DNA of 64,000 bases from Camelus dromedarius. Lineage: Eukaryota. The notes beneath the pieces are model-generated. The model was not told where the DNA came from. It worked only from the letters and a program-made list of their open reading frames with translations, and searched no databases. Position 1 is the first letter of the stretch; each line of letters starts with the position of its first letter. Location of the stretch: NCBI RefSeq assembly GCF_036321535.1, contig NC_087436.1:74400001-74464000 (forward strand), read 5' to 3'. Positions 24,301 through 37,100 of the stretch are shown piece after piece. A program made the translations under genes and the position numbers.

Positions 24301-25307
24301 AATTCAGCTTAACACTTAAATGCACACACACACACTCTTACATACGAGTAAGTGCTTGCTCACCTGCAAAACACATCAGTATTAGTTTTTATAATGACTA
24401 GTCTCTTAGGAAACTTAAAAGTTTCTTAAAGGAAAAGAAGAATAAATGGTTCAATAAGTGCCAAACTCAGGATTACAGTTACCAATAAGGGGAGGAGGGG
24501 GAAGATGAGGTTCGGGAGAAGTATATGTAAGGCTTCGACTGAAGCTGATTTTTTTGTTTTCAATCTGAAGCAAATATGGAAAAATGTTCATGCTAAGATT
24601 TGGCACTCTTAATGATGCGTGCACAGGTATTAAACCGTTCTCTATATAATTGTGATGTTTAAAATATTTCATAATTTTTTAAAGGTGAGGAAGAGGTTCT
24701 CACTTTAACTTGAAAATTTCTCTACAGTATTTTGAAAGGTGTCTTCATGCAAATTCAGTCCCTCAGGTTGTTTTTTAGGTGTGTTCTGATTAGGGAAAGG
24801 AAGCCTATGAAAATGGAGATATTTGTAAGATTAACTTTTAACTTTGCACTTTTCCTCAGGCATTGCTGTGTAAGACCTGACAAGCTAGTTCAAGGGCAGT
24901 TAGGGCAAAGACACATGAGGCTTTCATAACCCTACATAAGCTAATTGGTATTGAAGCATATATTTAAATAATCTTATTTCTTGATTAGTTTCCACTTTAA
25001 AGTTTAAAATTTTCAGTCACTTTGGCCTGAAAATTCTGGTTAAATATAAAATTTTTAAAAAATTTTTAATGACATTAACTATATGTCAGCATGTTGGGTA
25101 AAAAGCTGCAATGAAGTTTTTTGAAATGTCAGCTGTAAGGATGCTAACACTGTCTTACCATTGGGTCTGTATAAGAAACTCTCAGAATATGAAATTGCCA
25201 TCATTGTTAATAGAATTTCCCTCATGTTAGATTCAGGGCCTGGAAAATGGAAACTGATTTTGTTCAGAGGTGGTAAATGTGTTCCCATTGTTGACTGCGG
25301 ATTACAA

Positions 25308-25480
25308 TAGAGGTTCTCAAACTTCAGCTGCAAAAGACTCACCTGGGAGGCTTCTTCAACCACAGATCTCTGGGCCCTACCTCCAGAGCTTCTGATACAG
25401 TGGGTGGAAGAGGGCCTGAAATTCTGCATTTCTAACAAGTTCCCAGGCAGTGCTACTGGCCCACACTTTGAGAATCGCTA
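25308..25480. mobile_element. MER5A (hAT-Charlie) MITE
   Basis: Terminal inverted repeats TAGAGGTTCTCAAA (25308) and TTTGAGAATCGCTA (25467-25480); internal TCTGCATTTCTAACAAGTTCCCAGG is a MER5A hallmark. Confidence 0.85.
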
Positions 25481-25539
25481 TAAATGTAAATGCTTGTAAA
25501 CACTCAAGGTACCTTGAAGATTGGCTTTCTTTCCCTTCA

Positions 25540-25797
25540 ATTTTTTTTTAATATGGTAAACTGCACATAACATGAAATTTGCCATCTTAACCATGTTTAA
25601 GTGTATAGTTCTGCAATGTTAAGTATATTTACACTGTTGTGCGACAGATCTCCAAAACTTTTGCATCTTGCGAACCTGAAACTCTAACCATTGAAACAAT
25701 TCCCCCTCCGTTCCCCCCTCCCCCCAGGCCCTGGCAGCCACCCGTTCTACTTTGTGTCTCTATGACCTTAACTACTCCAAGTACCTAATATAAGTGG
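25540..25797 (-). mobile_element. L1MB-type 3' end fragment
   Basis: CATAACATGAAATTTGCCATCTTAACCATGTTTAAGTGTATAGTTC..CCCTGGCAGCCACC..TCTACTTTGTGTCTCTATG is an antisense L1M 3'UTR. Confidence 0.8.
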
Positions 25798-26094
25798 CGT
25801 CCTTGGTTGCCCCTTTAAGTCTAGAAGCCTAGAGTAAAGCCATTAGCCCAGCCAATTTAATGCAATCTCTCTCAAATATAAGCTGCCACGTGACTTTATG
25901 ACTTAGAGAACCATCTGTATGCAACCTTTCAAAAAACTGAGTCTCCTTACTTTAGAGTGACAATCGAAATAGAAACTTGGATATTTCATCGTCCTATATA
26001 GGAGGCCTCCTTGCGGGCAGTTTGGCTCTTTCCCTCCCCCTTCCTCACCCCCACTTCCCCGCCCTCCACTGACCTGCTCATCTCTTCTTGGCAG

Positions 26095-26463
26095 AGCTCT
26101 CTTAATGAGAAGAGGAAGGTCCTGGCTGGGCAGCACGAGGACGCCCGGGAGCTCAAGGAGAACCTGGACCGACGGGAGCGTGTGGTGTTGGACATCCTGG
26201 CCAATTACCTCTCAGAGGAGCAGCTCCAGGATTACCAGCATTTTGTGAAAATGAAGTCCACGCTCCTCATCGAGCAGCGAAAGCTGGACGACAGGATCAA
26301 GCTGGGCCAGGAGCAGGTCAAGTGTCTGCTGGAGAGCCTCCCCGCGGACTTCGTCCCCAAGGCAGGCACCCTGGCTCTGCCCCCGGACCTCGCCAGCGAC
26401 CTGACTCCTGTGGGGGGGTGTCCTGCTAGTGGTACTTTGCCAACAGTAGCCTCTCCACTTTAA
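26095..26463 (+). CDS. SHROOM3: SHROOM3 terminal coding exon (122 aa + TAA), end of ASD2 and C-terminal tail
   Basis: Branch point CTGAC at 26069-26073 and acceptor tctcttcttggcag|AGC. Encodes [31 protein letters not shown]...[38 protein letters not shown]...ASPL*. The six exons total 2196 nt = 732 codons. Confidence 0.98.
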   Translation, partial: SSLNEKRKVLAGQHEDARELKENLDRRERVVLDILANYLSEEQLQDYQHFVKMKSTLLIEQRKLDDRIKLGQEQVKCLLESLPADFVPKAGTLALPPDLASDLTPVGGCPASGTLPTVASPL

Positions 26464-29400
26464 CCTCTCCTGCAGTCCCCCCCCTAAAGATCACCCCTTC
26501 TCTCAACACTATTTAATCCGAAAAGCGTTTCAGTACAAGCCACCCTTTCAACTGTATGGGTTATTGGGGGTTTTCTGGATAAAAGGAAAGCATTCTATCC
26601 GGGAAAAAGCCTGTGTTTTCCCTCTCGCCCTTCATGATTGATCTTCTAAGAGCTTGAATGCTGCTGGGAACTTACTCCTTTCTATTGTTACTTCGTAGTA
26701 GAAAGAAGATTAATGAAACTGAGAACTGATTGGAGGGTGTTCGGTTGATCGTTGAGCTTTTCACAGGCTGAGGCAACCTGGGTCGGTGTGTGTCGCCCTG
26801 GGAATGCACCCGCAGGGGCCTTCCTTGCTTGGGGGCAGCGTGTCCCGACAGCAGGGACAAGTGCTTATTACGGAAGGGCCTGCAGCATAAAGCCTTAAAA
26901 AGAAACACACAGAGAAGAAACTGTCAGACCTTGAACTCTGCTATTTATATTTTTAAAAATGAAAAAGATCATCATTTGTGTGCTAACCCTTTATTTGATT
27001 CTGTTGTGTGGTGACCATAGACAGCTACGTTTGAGCTTTGTATTTTGTGAAAACCTTAATTAATGAAGAATTCCAAAGATAGTCACATTGAGTGTGGAGA
27101 ATTTTTTTCTTAAACTCTCACCACAAGTGGACCTTCTGCCCTTGTTTTCAGCTGAGGATGGGGGATTCCCAGCTGCCACTGCCCCTGGCCCTTCACCCCC
27201 CACAGCTCGCAGGAGCACACGCACCTCCCCAGGAAGACAGCTGTGCGCAGCACAGCGACCACGTCATTTCCTCGTGCTCCAGTCATTATCACTGCTGTGG
27301 AGAGAGAGCTAAATTTTACTAATAGGGCCAACTCTCCAACCTGTTGACAAGAAGGCGGCCAGGACCCAAGTCAGTTCACAGCTGAATGCTCCCTGTCCTC
27401 CTAGGCAAGATTTGAGCTGAATACAGCTTAAGTGAGACATTATCAGGCTATTTTACTGATGCTTTTAAAAAAAGTTCCTTTTCCTACAGTGTCAAACTTA
27501 CCAAGCACATTTCTGTTAAAAACTCTACCCTGCACACCTGAAGACTGATTTTGCACTGTTATGCTTCCATAACAACATCTAAGAGGGTACTTCGGAGCCC
27601 GAGCTGTCAGTCTATTCAAGCAGACAGGAAGGAGGGGCTGGGCCAGTAACCAGGCTGTGTTGGCAGCTACCAGAGTTGGCAGCAGCCTGATACTTTGAGC
27701 AGGTGGTGCATCCCAGGCTATGTTTTAGTTCTGTTGTTGTTTTCACATGTGTTTAATCCATGGCTGGTGGCCCCCTGTGCTGATTTGGGCTACAGTACTG
27801 TAGAGCCAGTCCTGGAGAACTGGGAGAGGAACATTCACAGGAGGGTACCAGATGCCCATTTCCTTAATATGCTTTAATTACTTTATGAAGTTTATCTTCC
27901 AGTTAAGAGCTACAGAAGCATAGTTTTGGTCCCTAATACAGATGTCATTTGATGAACTTAGAACCAATAGGCCACCCAGAAATTTCTTGTGAGCCATCAA
28001 CAAAAGCCACTGCATCATTTCTTTGGAGGTTTTACACTGTCTGACCGCAATGATACAGTAAGACTGCACCTTGGTTTTCCAGGAATGTTTTCCAAAGCTG
28101 ATCTCTTAGGACACCTAGAGATTCCATCCCCCAGGGAGTCAGCAGAACCAGGGACAACATTCAATAGCCACACTGTAGGTCATTTCAAAGTAAAGAAAAA
28201 CTCACAGGAGCTTGAGATCCACTCCAATCGGTAATTAACTGTGTGTCTTGCTGATGATACTGGGTGGTTCCTTGGGGTCAGACCAGGTTGAAGCTAGTCA
28301 GCAGGTGACTTCAGCAGGTCTCTGAAATTCCTCAGGGTTCTGGGACTCCCAATTCCCAACACTCTTCTAAATTATTCTTAAGGATTTGACTTGGAACATT
28401 TTATATATTTAGGCTTTTTCAGTCACTTTTCTAATTTTTACATGTCAAAGTAAGTGACTCCAACAGAAGAGCAGCAGGTGATACTCCACACCACAAGCAC
28501 CTGGAAGCTGTGACACTTTTAGGGTCCTGTCCCTTGTTCTGCTGCACTGAAATGCTCTGTTGTTACGTGAAATGAGTGACGTCCCAAGGGGGACTGGAAT
28601 CTAATTCTCAGGTGGCTGTGACAGTTATCACAGGACTTGACCTTTGTGCTCTGATGAGAAGAAACCACTAACCGAATTTTCATTAACTTTAACTAGAAAA
28701 TAAGCCATTCTTTATCCCTTCCCTATTTTGCATTCTTTCCCACGACTAAAAAATCATCTACAGTAGAAGCCACCTTTTGCCTCCAAACAGTATCCTCAGC
28801 CAATCATGAACACAGCAACCACGAGCAAGCTGTTGGTCTCGGGATTTCAGGACACACATGACATCCTCAGGAATGTTTGTTCCATCAATAATTGTCCCTG
28901 TGGATGTGACCATTTCAGAGATCCCATGTCTCATCAGAAGTCAGGTGGGAGTGGGAGGATGGCCTTGCTGCTGATCCTCAGGAAACCTTCGAAGTTCTGA
29001 GAAAGGACAATGTCCTGCGACAAAACTGGGAACCTCCAGATTCCTGGGCCCCTAGGGCAGTTCCTGGGCTCGTTGCAACATGCTGGCTGACTCAGCCTTT
29101 TCCCTGCTATTCTGCTTCTTGTGGTGGCTGCTTAACCCCAACAATGCAGGGAGGATCCACAGTGAATGTTGCTGAGTTTCTCCCAGAGGCACTGTGGAAA
29201 CCAGTTTTTCCCTTTGCTCCAGGGGATCATTTTAGATTTTGTTTTGCACAACTATCTTCCGACTTGAAGATCAGCACGTTTGGGGCAGCTCTCAAGAGTC
29301 TGTTCAGGTGAGGAGTGAGGGCTTCACTGAGGTCCTTTGGGGTGTAGAAGCAGAAACCAGCCTGGGACATACAAGCTTCCCTATTACTCCATTATTACCT

Positions 29401-29826
29401 GATCTAAGATCACTTCTGAGCTTAAAAAGTAGATCACAGCCCTAATATGAGTTCTACTTTTAAGCTTGTATTTTATTCAAACAGCTTTTATTAAGATACT
29501 AGGATTTTTTTTGTTGTTTTGGATACCCTGGAAAATGCTGGCTTTTTTTAATTCTAATATGATTCCAAATTTTTCTCTTTAGTTTAATTTTCCATGGTAT
29601 TACTGACTTTATTCTGTTAGGTTGGAATTATTTTTCCTTTCTTAGAACAAAATGAGTTTTATTCACCTTTCTGCTGGGAGGAAAAAGGAAGAACTTCAGC
29701 CAAAAATAACTTCTCCATCTCCAGCAAGAGATGGCCAGGTGAACGTGAAGGGACCTTTCTACACAGAAATAGGTTACTGGGGACAAGTTATTCATTGCTG
29801 CCTGAACTCTTTGGGGTGAAGCATGG

Positions 29827-29905
29827 AATAAAATGACAAAGGCCATTTTAATATCAGAAAGGGACACATGAACAGTATTCTAGTTTACTCTTATTTTGAA
29901 ATAAA
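29827..29905 (+). terminator. Proximal poly(A) signals AATAAA (29827-29832, 29900-29905)
   Basis: Two canonical hexamers in U-rich context (TTATTTTGAAATAAAA). Confidence 0.45.
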
Positions 29906-29944
29906 ACCTCCCTTTTCTTAAGGGAGCTCATTCAGACACTAACT

Positions 29945-30080
29945 CATGGTCTCTCAAAGTGCAGTATCTGCATCAGAATCAGAGTGCTTGTGAAAAATGC
30001 CAGTTGCTGGGACACAACCAAGTAGGCTAGGAATCTGCATCTTAACAGGTTCCCCAGCTTATTCTGATGTTCTCTGGCAC
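29945..30080. mobile_element. MER5-family remnant inside the 3'UTR
   Basis: TCTCAAAGTG..TCTGCATCAGAATC..GGAATCTGCATCTTAACAGGTTCCCCAG..ATTCTGATG. Confidence 0.6.
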
Positions 30081-30753
30081 CTGGGGGCCTCTTACACCAA
30101 TCATTTGTCCATTTCTGTTATTAGGATCATGATTAGACGAGCATGAATTTATGTCACAGTAATCCCAGAAATTCAAAGCCCTGTCCCATTTACCCTTATT
30201 AATTGCATTATTATGAGTTAATATTGTCACCACTATTATACAATTCCCAAGGTTGTGATACGGGTTTTTTTCCCCCTGCTCACTCTCTCCTAGATCTCTT
30301 AAATTTAAACAAGCTCAGAACTTATTCAGGCTCAACTGCACTAATTCTTTCTCCCCAAAAGAAATGAGTAATCTAAAGTCTGCCATGACATCTGTACTAA
30401 CCTGAAATCACCACTGACCTTTTCAGTGGGGACCTTATATTTCCATTGCTTCAACACAAGACTCATGTCATATACGAGTTAGAATTTCTCTCAGCTTGGA
30501 ATTGACAGTCTAGCTAATGAAACAAAAATGTGTTCATTTCGTCTGAGAAGTGAAAGGAGCCATTACCCAAGTTCAAAAGCCTAAAATCAAAATTAGGCAA
30601 GAAAAAAACTGAATGAAGAAACTAGTTCATTTATTCCTACTTCGTTCTGTACACTGCTCTCAGATCTTCCCTAAGTGGAAAAGCAGCTGCATTTCTTGCT
30701 AAAACATCAGTATTGCTATTGCTTTACACAGTGGAAGTTTAATATAACAAATG

Positions 30754-30770
30754 ATTAAATTCTGATTAAA
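30754..30770 (+). terminator. Distal tandem ATTAAA poly(A) signals
   Basis: ATTAAA at 30754-30759 and 30765-30770, with an upstream TGTA at 30648. Confidence 0.45.
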
Positions 30771-32554
30771 CCAGTGCCTATAGAATATAAGGGATTCTAC
30801 ATGATACCCTCCATCTAAGGAAGAATATCCAAGGAAAGAGACACTTGGAAAGGCCCCCCCCCCCCTTGCCAACGCTGGGGTTCAGAACTCCTTGGAGAAT
30901 GCAGCCCGCCAGATAGCAGAGAAGCTTGCTGGTTTGCCCAGGCCAAAGGCTAGTCTGCAGTTCTTGGGCAAGCAGGAAGCAACCCTTCAGAGCGCAGGTG
31001 GGTATGGTCAGTTAGCAAAACACAGTGTAGAGGTGCACAGTTAGCGGGGTCATAGAGGGGGTGGCTGCACAGTGCAAACTCTGAGTCTCAGGTTATCTGC
31101 ACAGGCAGAATGCCTTGGGCGTGAATGCAAGCAGGAATCCTTCAGGGTGTGGGTTTCTAGTCCACAGGGCTGGGAGAAGGTTATCGCCTGCTGAGGCTGC
31201 AAGGTCACCAAGGCAACCCGTCGTTGGGGCAGAACTCTATCAGATATCCTCACACTCACCCCACTGCTGCACCACCAGACAGCAGTCCAAACAGCAAGGT
31301 AAGCCCTTTCCTTCCCTGCTGCCCCTCCAGCGCCCTCTACTGGGAAAGCTTAACATCGCACTCACTGTAAAGAGATTTTTAAAGGGACTCTGTCCATTGT
31401 CACAGCATATATTGAAGGGTGAACGTAGAGCTAAGAGGCAGTAACTTGATAACTGGCACAAATTTATTCTTCTAGATTATTACCTTAGCATTATTTTCTG
31501 GTAGCATAGAATTTTGTAGTTGCCGACTCTGTAAGAACTATTTCTCTGACAATAAAGGAAAAAAACTGTATCAAACGGGCAATTTCTATCTCTTAAAGGA
31601 GGTGTCAAAGGGAAGGCAGTTTCTCATTTATGTCTTCTTTAAATGTGCTTCATACATTGATACTCCTCAAAGTCTCTAAAGCAAGAGGTTTAGAATAATG
31701 CCTATTCAAGAGCACGTATAAGTTTTCTATCTGTCGACCTCTGTCTGTCTAGCTCTGTCTCTGTACACCTGTCTGTCTCTTGCTGTGTCGCCACATGAGT
31801 ACTTTCTGTCTCTGTGTGTTTCTGTCTGTGCAGTTGTCACCTTTCTTTTCTTTCCTGTCCCAAATGATTCCAGTTATGTTTTTCCTTTTTGGGGGGAGGC
31901 AACTTAGAAAGGATAAAGTGGGAATGAGTAAAGAGCTGGAAGGGAAGACAACCTGTGTGTAAAGTCAAGAATGTGCTATTTTCAATGTCGGGAAAAAATT
32001 TCACCTCATTCAAGCTAAAAGAGAAAGACAGGTAAAAGGAGATTTTGCAAACTTTGCAATGTGTATAAATATGTATGAGTGACTGAAAGCTATTTCTCTT
32101 CTCTAATTAGAACAGAATATAGGAGTTGGCTTCAATTTTCAGTAATAGGAACCAAGTAGATAAGAAGGAGCAACCCAAGAAAGAGGACTCACGGGCCCTG
32201 GACTGAGAAGAACATTAACCTTCCTTCCTGACAATTAAAAGGAAAAAAAAAAAAAAAAAAGATTACAGATCCCCCTGGTATGAAATGATTTGGAAGCAGA
32301 TTTATTAAAAGGCAGGAAGATAGTCTGATATCCCTTCCAGGGCTAGGGTTCTGTGCAGATGGGCAGAAAGTGAATTTCAGCTTAGGACATAAACAGACAT
32401 TTTCAATCAAGTTCACTCCAAAAATTTAATAATGGGTTCAATAATAAACTCAGTTTAATAATGCATCACTAGATGTGTTTTGATATTATTTAATACTCAA
32501 GGGAAACTTCCCCCAAATCAAAGAATAACTGCCTTAATCCACATGTGAAACCCT

Positions 32555-32601
32555 GAAAAAATATACACATATATGTGTGTGTATATATATATCTATGTAT
32601 G

Positions 32602-32632
<31 letters not shown>
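32555..32632. repeat. (TA/TG)n microsatellite running into poly-T
   Basis: ATATACACATATATGTGTGTGTATATATATATCTATGTATGTATATATATATATATATTTTT... Confidence 0.9.
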
Positions 32633-32959
32633 ACAGTGAGACTGCAAATCCTTTTCGTCTTCCATTTTTTCCTGACTTGTTCTACAAATCTTATCAAAGA
32701 CTTCTTGTTTTCCAACAACAAATTTTGAAGGTTCTATAACAGAGTTTAAGAACAAATAGTAAGGGCTTCTTGGAAATGTCACTTAAAAGCTAAGGAATAA
32801 CGTGCTGAGGAATAAGGAACTGAGGAAATAATTTCAAGATGCAGTTAAATAACGTGCCTCCACAGGCAGACAGAAGGGCAGCATCTTTGGGAAGCACAAC
32901 AGGAGACATGCATGTGTCACTGTGACTCTGGATACTACGTCGGCGTGGCTGGTTGAGAG

Positions 32960-33940
32960 GGTATATCATATGTCCACTAACAAAAGTAGAACCACCGCTC
33001 TTCAGGTCAAATTGATCAGAAATCAGTGGGAGGGAGCTAACAAAAGGAATTTTATCCATGAGGCACCAATACAAATATGCATGATGCACAAGTACAAATC
33101 AGCAATAAAAAGACAACCCAATTTTAAAAGCTTGGCAAAAATATTAAAGAGACATTTCACAAAGGAAGATATATTAATGACCAATAAGCACATGGGAAGG
33201 TGATAGACGTCTTTAAATTATTAGAGAAATACAAATTTAAACCACAAGGAAATTCTATTACTCACTCACTGGAGTGACTAAAATCAAGTGTTGGTGAGTA
33301 TGTGGGGCAAATGGAGTTATTACACATCCTGGTCGGCAAGTAACCCACTTCGGAGAACTGATAGTTCTTTACAAAATGAAATGTGTATTTACCCTATAAT
33401 CTATCGCTTCCACTTTTAAGTAGTTACTCTAAAGAAATTAAAATCTATCTCTGCAAAAAGACTTGTACAAGATGTTTTCGCAGCTTGAATCACAGTAGTC
33501 AAAAACTGAAAACAACTGAAATCTCCAATCAACAGATAACCAAATTGCAGTAGATTAATACAATGGAACACTATCAATCAGTTTTTTTTAAAAAAGAATA
33601 AACTATTGGTAAATGTAACCACATGAATGGAAACCATTACATTAAGCAAATGGAGTTACACACACAAAAATATATATACTGTATGATTCCATTTATATCA
33701 AGTTCTAGAACAGGCAAAACTAACTTGTAATGGTAGAAATGACAAAGTGGTGGCCTGGGGAGGGAGGGAAGCTAATTGATTCAAAATGAACAAAAGAGAA
33801 CTTTCTGAGGGGACAAGTATATTCTGTACGTGCTTCGAGTTGTGGTTACATGGGTGAATGAAACTGTCAAAATTCATCCAACTGAACATTTAAATCTGTG
33901 CCTAATTCTGATTATTAATTATACCTCAATTTAAAAAATA
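32960..33940 (+). mobile_element. Old L1M (L1MC/ME-type) 3' fragment
   Basis: GAGACATTTCACAAAGGAAGATATATTAATGACCAATAAGCACATG, CAAGATGTTTTCGCAGC, TGTATGATTCCATTTATATCAAGTTCTAGAACAGGCAAAAC, CATCCAACTGAACATTTAAATCTGTG. Confidence 0.85.
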
Positions 33941-34126
33941 GTGATGAGAAAAAGTGAGAAACTAGAGCAAATTAGTTATTTGATATCGACTAAATAGGTA
34001 ACCGGGTTTTAGCCTTCATCCAATAATTGGAGATCATGATGATAGACAATCCCAGGGATTTTTTTTTTTCTCATGGTTAGGGTGTAGCCCAAGCTGCTGT
34101 AACAACTAGATTGAAAACAAAAAATA

Positions 34127-37100
34127 GAGTCCAGTTCAAAATGCTAACATAGGAGGCTCCTGATCACCTCCCCTCACCGAACCTACAGCTGCACATAGAA
34201 CAATTCGCTCTGAAAAAACATCCAGAAACTAGCTGAGCAACTCCTCTACATTGGGTGAACAAGAAGAAAACCACATTAAAACAGGTAGGAGAGGTGGAGA
34301 CAATCGCACCAAACCCCACCCTGGGTATAGTTGACAACCCCTGGGAGGGAACTCGAAACTCCCAGCTTCTCCCTAAAGAAGCAAAGAGTTTGGAATACAC
34401 ACCTGGTGCCCTGACTTTTAAGACTTCCACCTGAGAGGTGGCTCCTCAAAAGCATCCAGCTCTGAAAGCCAATGGGGCTTCCATCTGTAAGACTCATTAG
34501 GCTGTAGTGAACTAACAATCGGTTCTTGAAGGGGCTCGCACAGGCTCACCGTGGCCATCCCTCCCGGGGTATGGCGCAGAGGCAGCAGGCAGAAAAGCCC
34601 AGTCTTTCTGTGAAAGAGGCCTGTCTGCAGATCTTAAAAGCTGTGGCCTGAGGGTCAGGCTTCTAATTTAACACATATGTAGGGACCAACTGCAGTCTTC
34701 TCCAGAAACCAGGGAGGCCAGTGGGTACCATTTGCACACTCTCCATCTGCCCTGCCCCAGGTTGCCAGTGTCTCCATGAAAGGAGCTTGTACACACACCT
34801 GGCACCCCGGCTTTTGTGGCTGCTGCCCGGAGGACACACATCCCGTGAAAGTCTGGCTCTGGTAGCCAGCAGGGCTCCTGTTCATGGGTTCAACAGGATG
34901 GTAGCAAACAAGAAACAGTTTTTAACTGGCTGTCACCCGACAGCTCAGTGCAGAGGGAAGAGACAGAATGTCCATCTCCTAGTCTTCCCCTGAAAGAGGT
35001 ACTCTGTATACTTTGAAAGCCACTGCCTCAGGGCCTGGCTCCAATCAGCCTGCATCTGGGTGCTGGCTGAGATTCTCCCTGCTTTGGGACACTGACAGGT
35101 CTGGGCACACCCTTCACTACTAGGGGCCACTAACAAACAAAGAAAACAGCTTGAACAATCACAAAAGTTTGAGAAGCAACCAAGGGCCAGGGCAGGGCTG
35201 AATGATGTGTTGCGTCTCCTACACAAGGCCAGCACTTAAAGACTGGGAGAGGTGGCTGTTTTTTCTAATGTACAGAAACCAACACAGTTTAAAAAAACAA
35301 AAACAAAAAAACGAGAAACAGAGGAATATGTTCTAAATGAAAGAAAAAGATAAAACTCCAGAAAAAGACCTTCATGAAATGGAGATAAATGATTTACCTG
35401 ATAAAGAGTTAAAAATAATGGCCATAAAGAGGTCAGGAGAACAATGTGTGAACAAAGTGAGAATTTTAAAAAGGAGATATAAATATAAGAAAATATCAAA
35501 CAGAAATCACATAGCTGAGGATACAATAACTGAACTGAAAAATTCAGTAGAGTCTGTTCAACAGCAGACTAAAGGAAGTGCAAGAGAGGATTGGCAAACT
35601 AAAGGACAAGGCAGTAGAATTCATCCAAAGGAGCAAAAAGAAAAAAGAATGACAAAGAGTACAGATAGCTTAAAGGATTTATGGGACAACATCAAAAGAA
35701 CAAATATTCACATTGTAAAGGTCCCAGAAGGAGAAGGGAGAAAGAAAGGGATAGAAAGCTTTTTGAAAAAATAATGGCTGAAAACTTTCCTAACCTGAGG
35801 AAGGAAACAAGCATCCAGAACCAGGAAGTCCAGAGAGTTCTAAAATAGAAAAGAGACCCACACTGAGAGACAGAATAATTGAATTGTCAATTGAATTGTC
35901 CAAAGTGAAAGACAAGGAGAGACTCTTAAAAGCAGCAAGAAAAAAAAGAACTCGTTACATATAGCAACGATCAGCAGATTTTTTGGCAGAAACTTTGCAG
36001 GGTAGAAGAGTGATATAACACATTCAGAGTGCTGAAAGAAAAAAGAAACTGCCANNNNNNNNNNNNNNNNNNNNNNNNNNNNNNNNNNNNNNNNNNNNNN
36101 NNNNNNNNNNNNNNNNNNNNNNNNNNNNNNNNNNNNNNNNNNNNNNNNNNNNNNNNNNNNNNNNNNNNNNNNNNNNNNNNNNNNNNNNNNNNNNNNNNNN
36201 NNNNNNNNNNNNNNNNNNNNNNNNNNNNACAAAAGCTAAAGGAGCTCCTCACCACTAGACTGGCCTTACAAGAAGTGTTAAAGGAACATCTTTAAGCTGA
36301 AACAAAAGGGTGCTAAACAGTAATTAGGAAACATATTAAAAGTATAACTCTCCCTGGTAAATATACAGTAAAATGTTGTAATGGTGGTGGGCTAATCATT
36401 TATAAATCTATTACAAAGTTTAGAAGAGAAAAGCAGTAAGAATAACTACAACTACAATAATGTGTCAATCAATATACAAGATAAAAAGATGTAAACCATG
36501 ACATCAAAAACATAAAATGTTGAGGTGACTAAAACATACAACTTTAGAATGCATTTGAACTTAAGTTATCACCTTAAAATAGACTATTATAAGTCTAAGA
36601 TGTTTTATGTAAGCCTCATGGTAACCACAAAGCAAAAATCTACAGAAGACACATAAAAGGTGAGAAAGCAATCTAACCCTACCACTACAGAAAATCAAAT
36701 CACAAAGGAAGAGAGCAAGAGGAGAAAGGAACAGAATTACAAAACAGTCAGAAAGCAAAATGGTAAGAGTAAGTCCGTATCTATCGATAAGTACTTTAAA
36801 TGTAAACTGACGAAATTCTCTGATCAAGACACTGAGGGACTGAATGAATTTAAAAAACCTGACCCAACTATATGCTGCCTGCAAGACACTCACTCCAGCT
36901 TCAAGAACACAGACTGAAAGTGGAGAGATGGAAAAAGATATTCCATTTCAATGGAAACCAATAAGAAAGCTAGAGCAGTTACGCTTATTTCAGACAAAAC
37001 GGACTTTAAGACAAAGACTGTAATAAGAGACAAGGCCATTATATAATGATAAAGGGGTCAATCCAACAAGAGGATATAATAACATTTGTAAGTGTTTATA

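Larger units (their letters stand above)
26464..30790 (+). other. SHROOM3: SHROOM3 3'UTR (3' end uncertain)
   Basis: Follows the stop codon and is nearly free of young repeats. The end is placed after the tandem ATTAAA at 30754/30765 by analogy to a recalled ~4-kb human UTR; a shorter end near 29925 is also possible. Confidence 0.6.

Noticed and set aside
26461-26487. Stop-codon readthrough extension of SHROOM3
   Set aside because: The stop is TAA, not the leaky TGA-CTAG context, and another in-frame TAA follows after seven codons (26485-26487).
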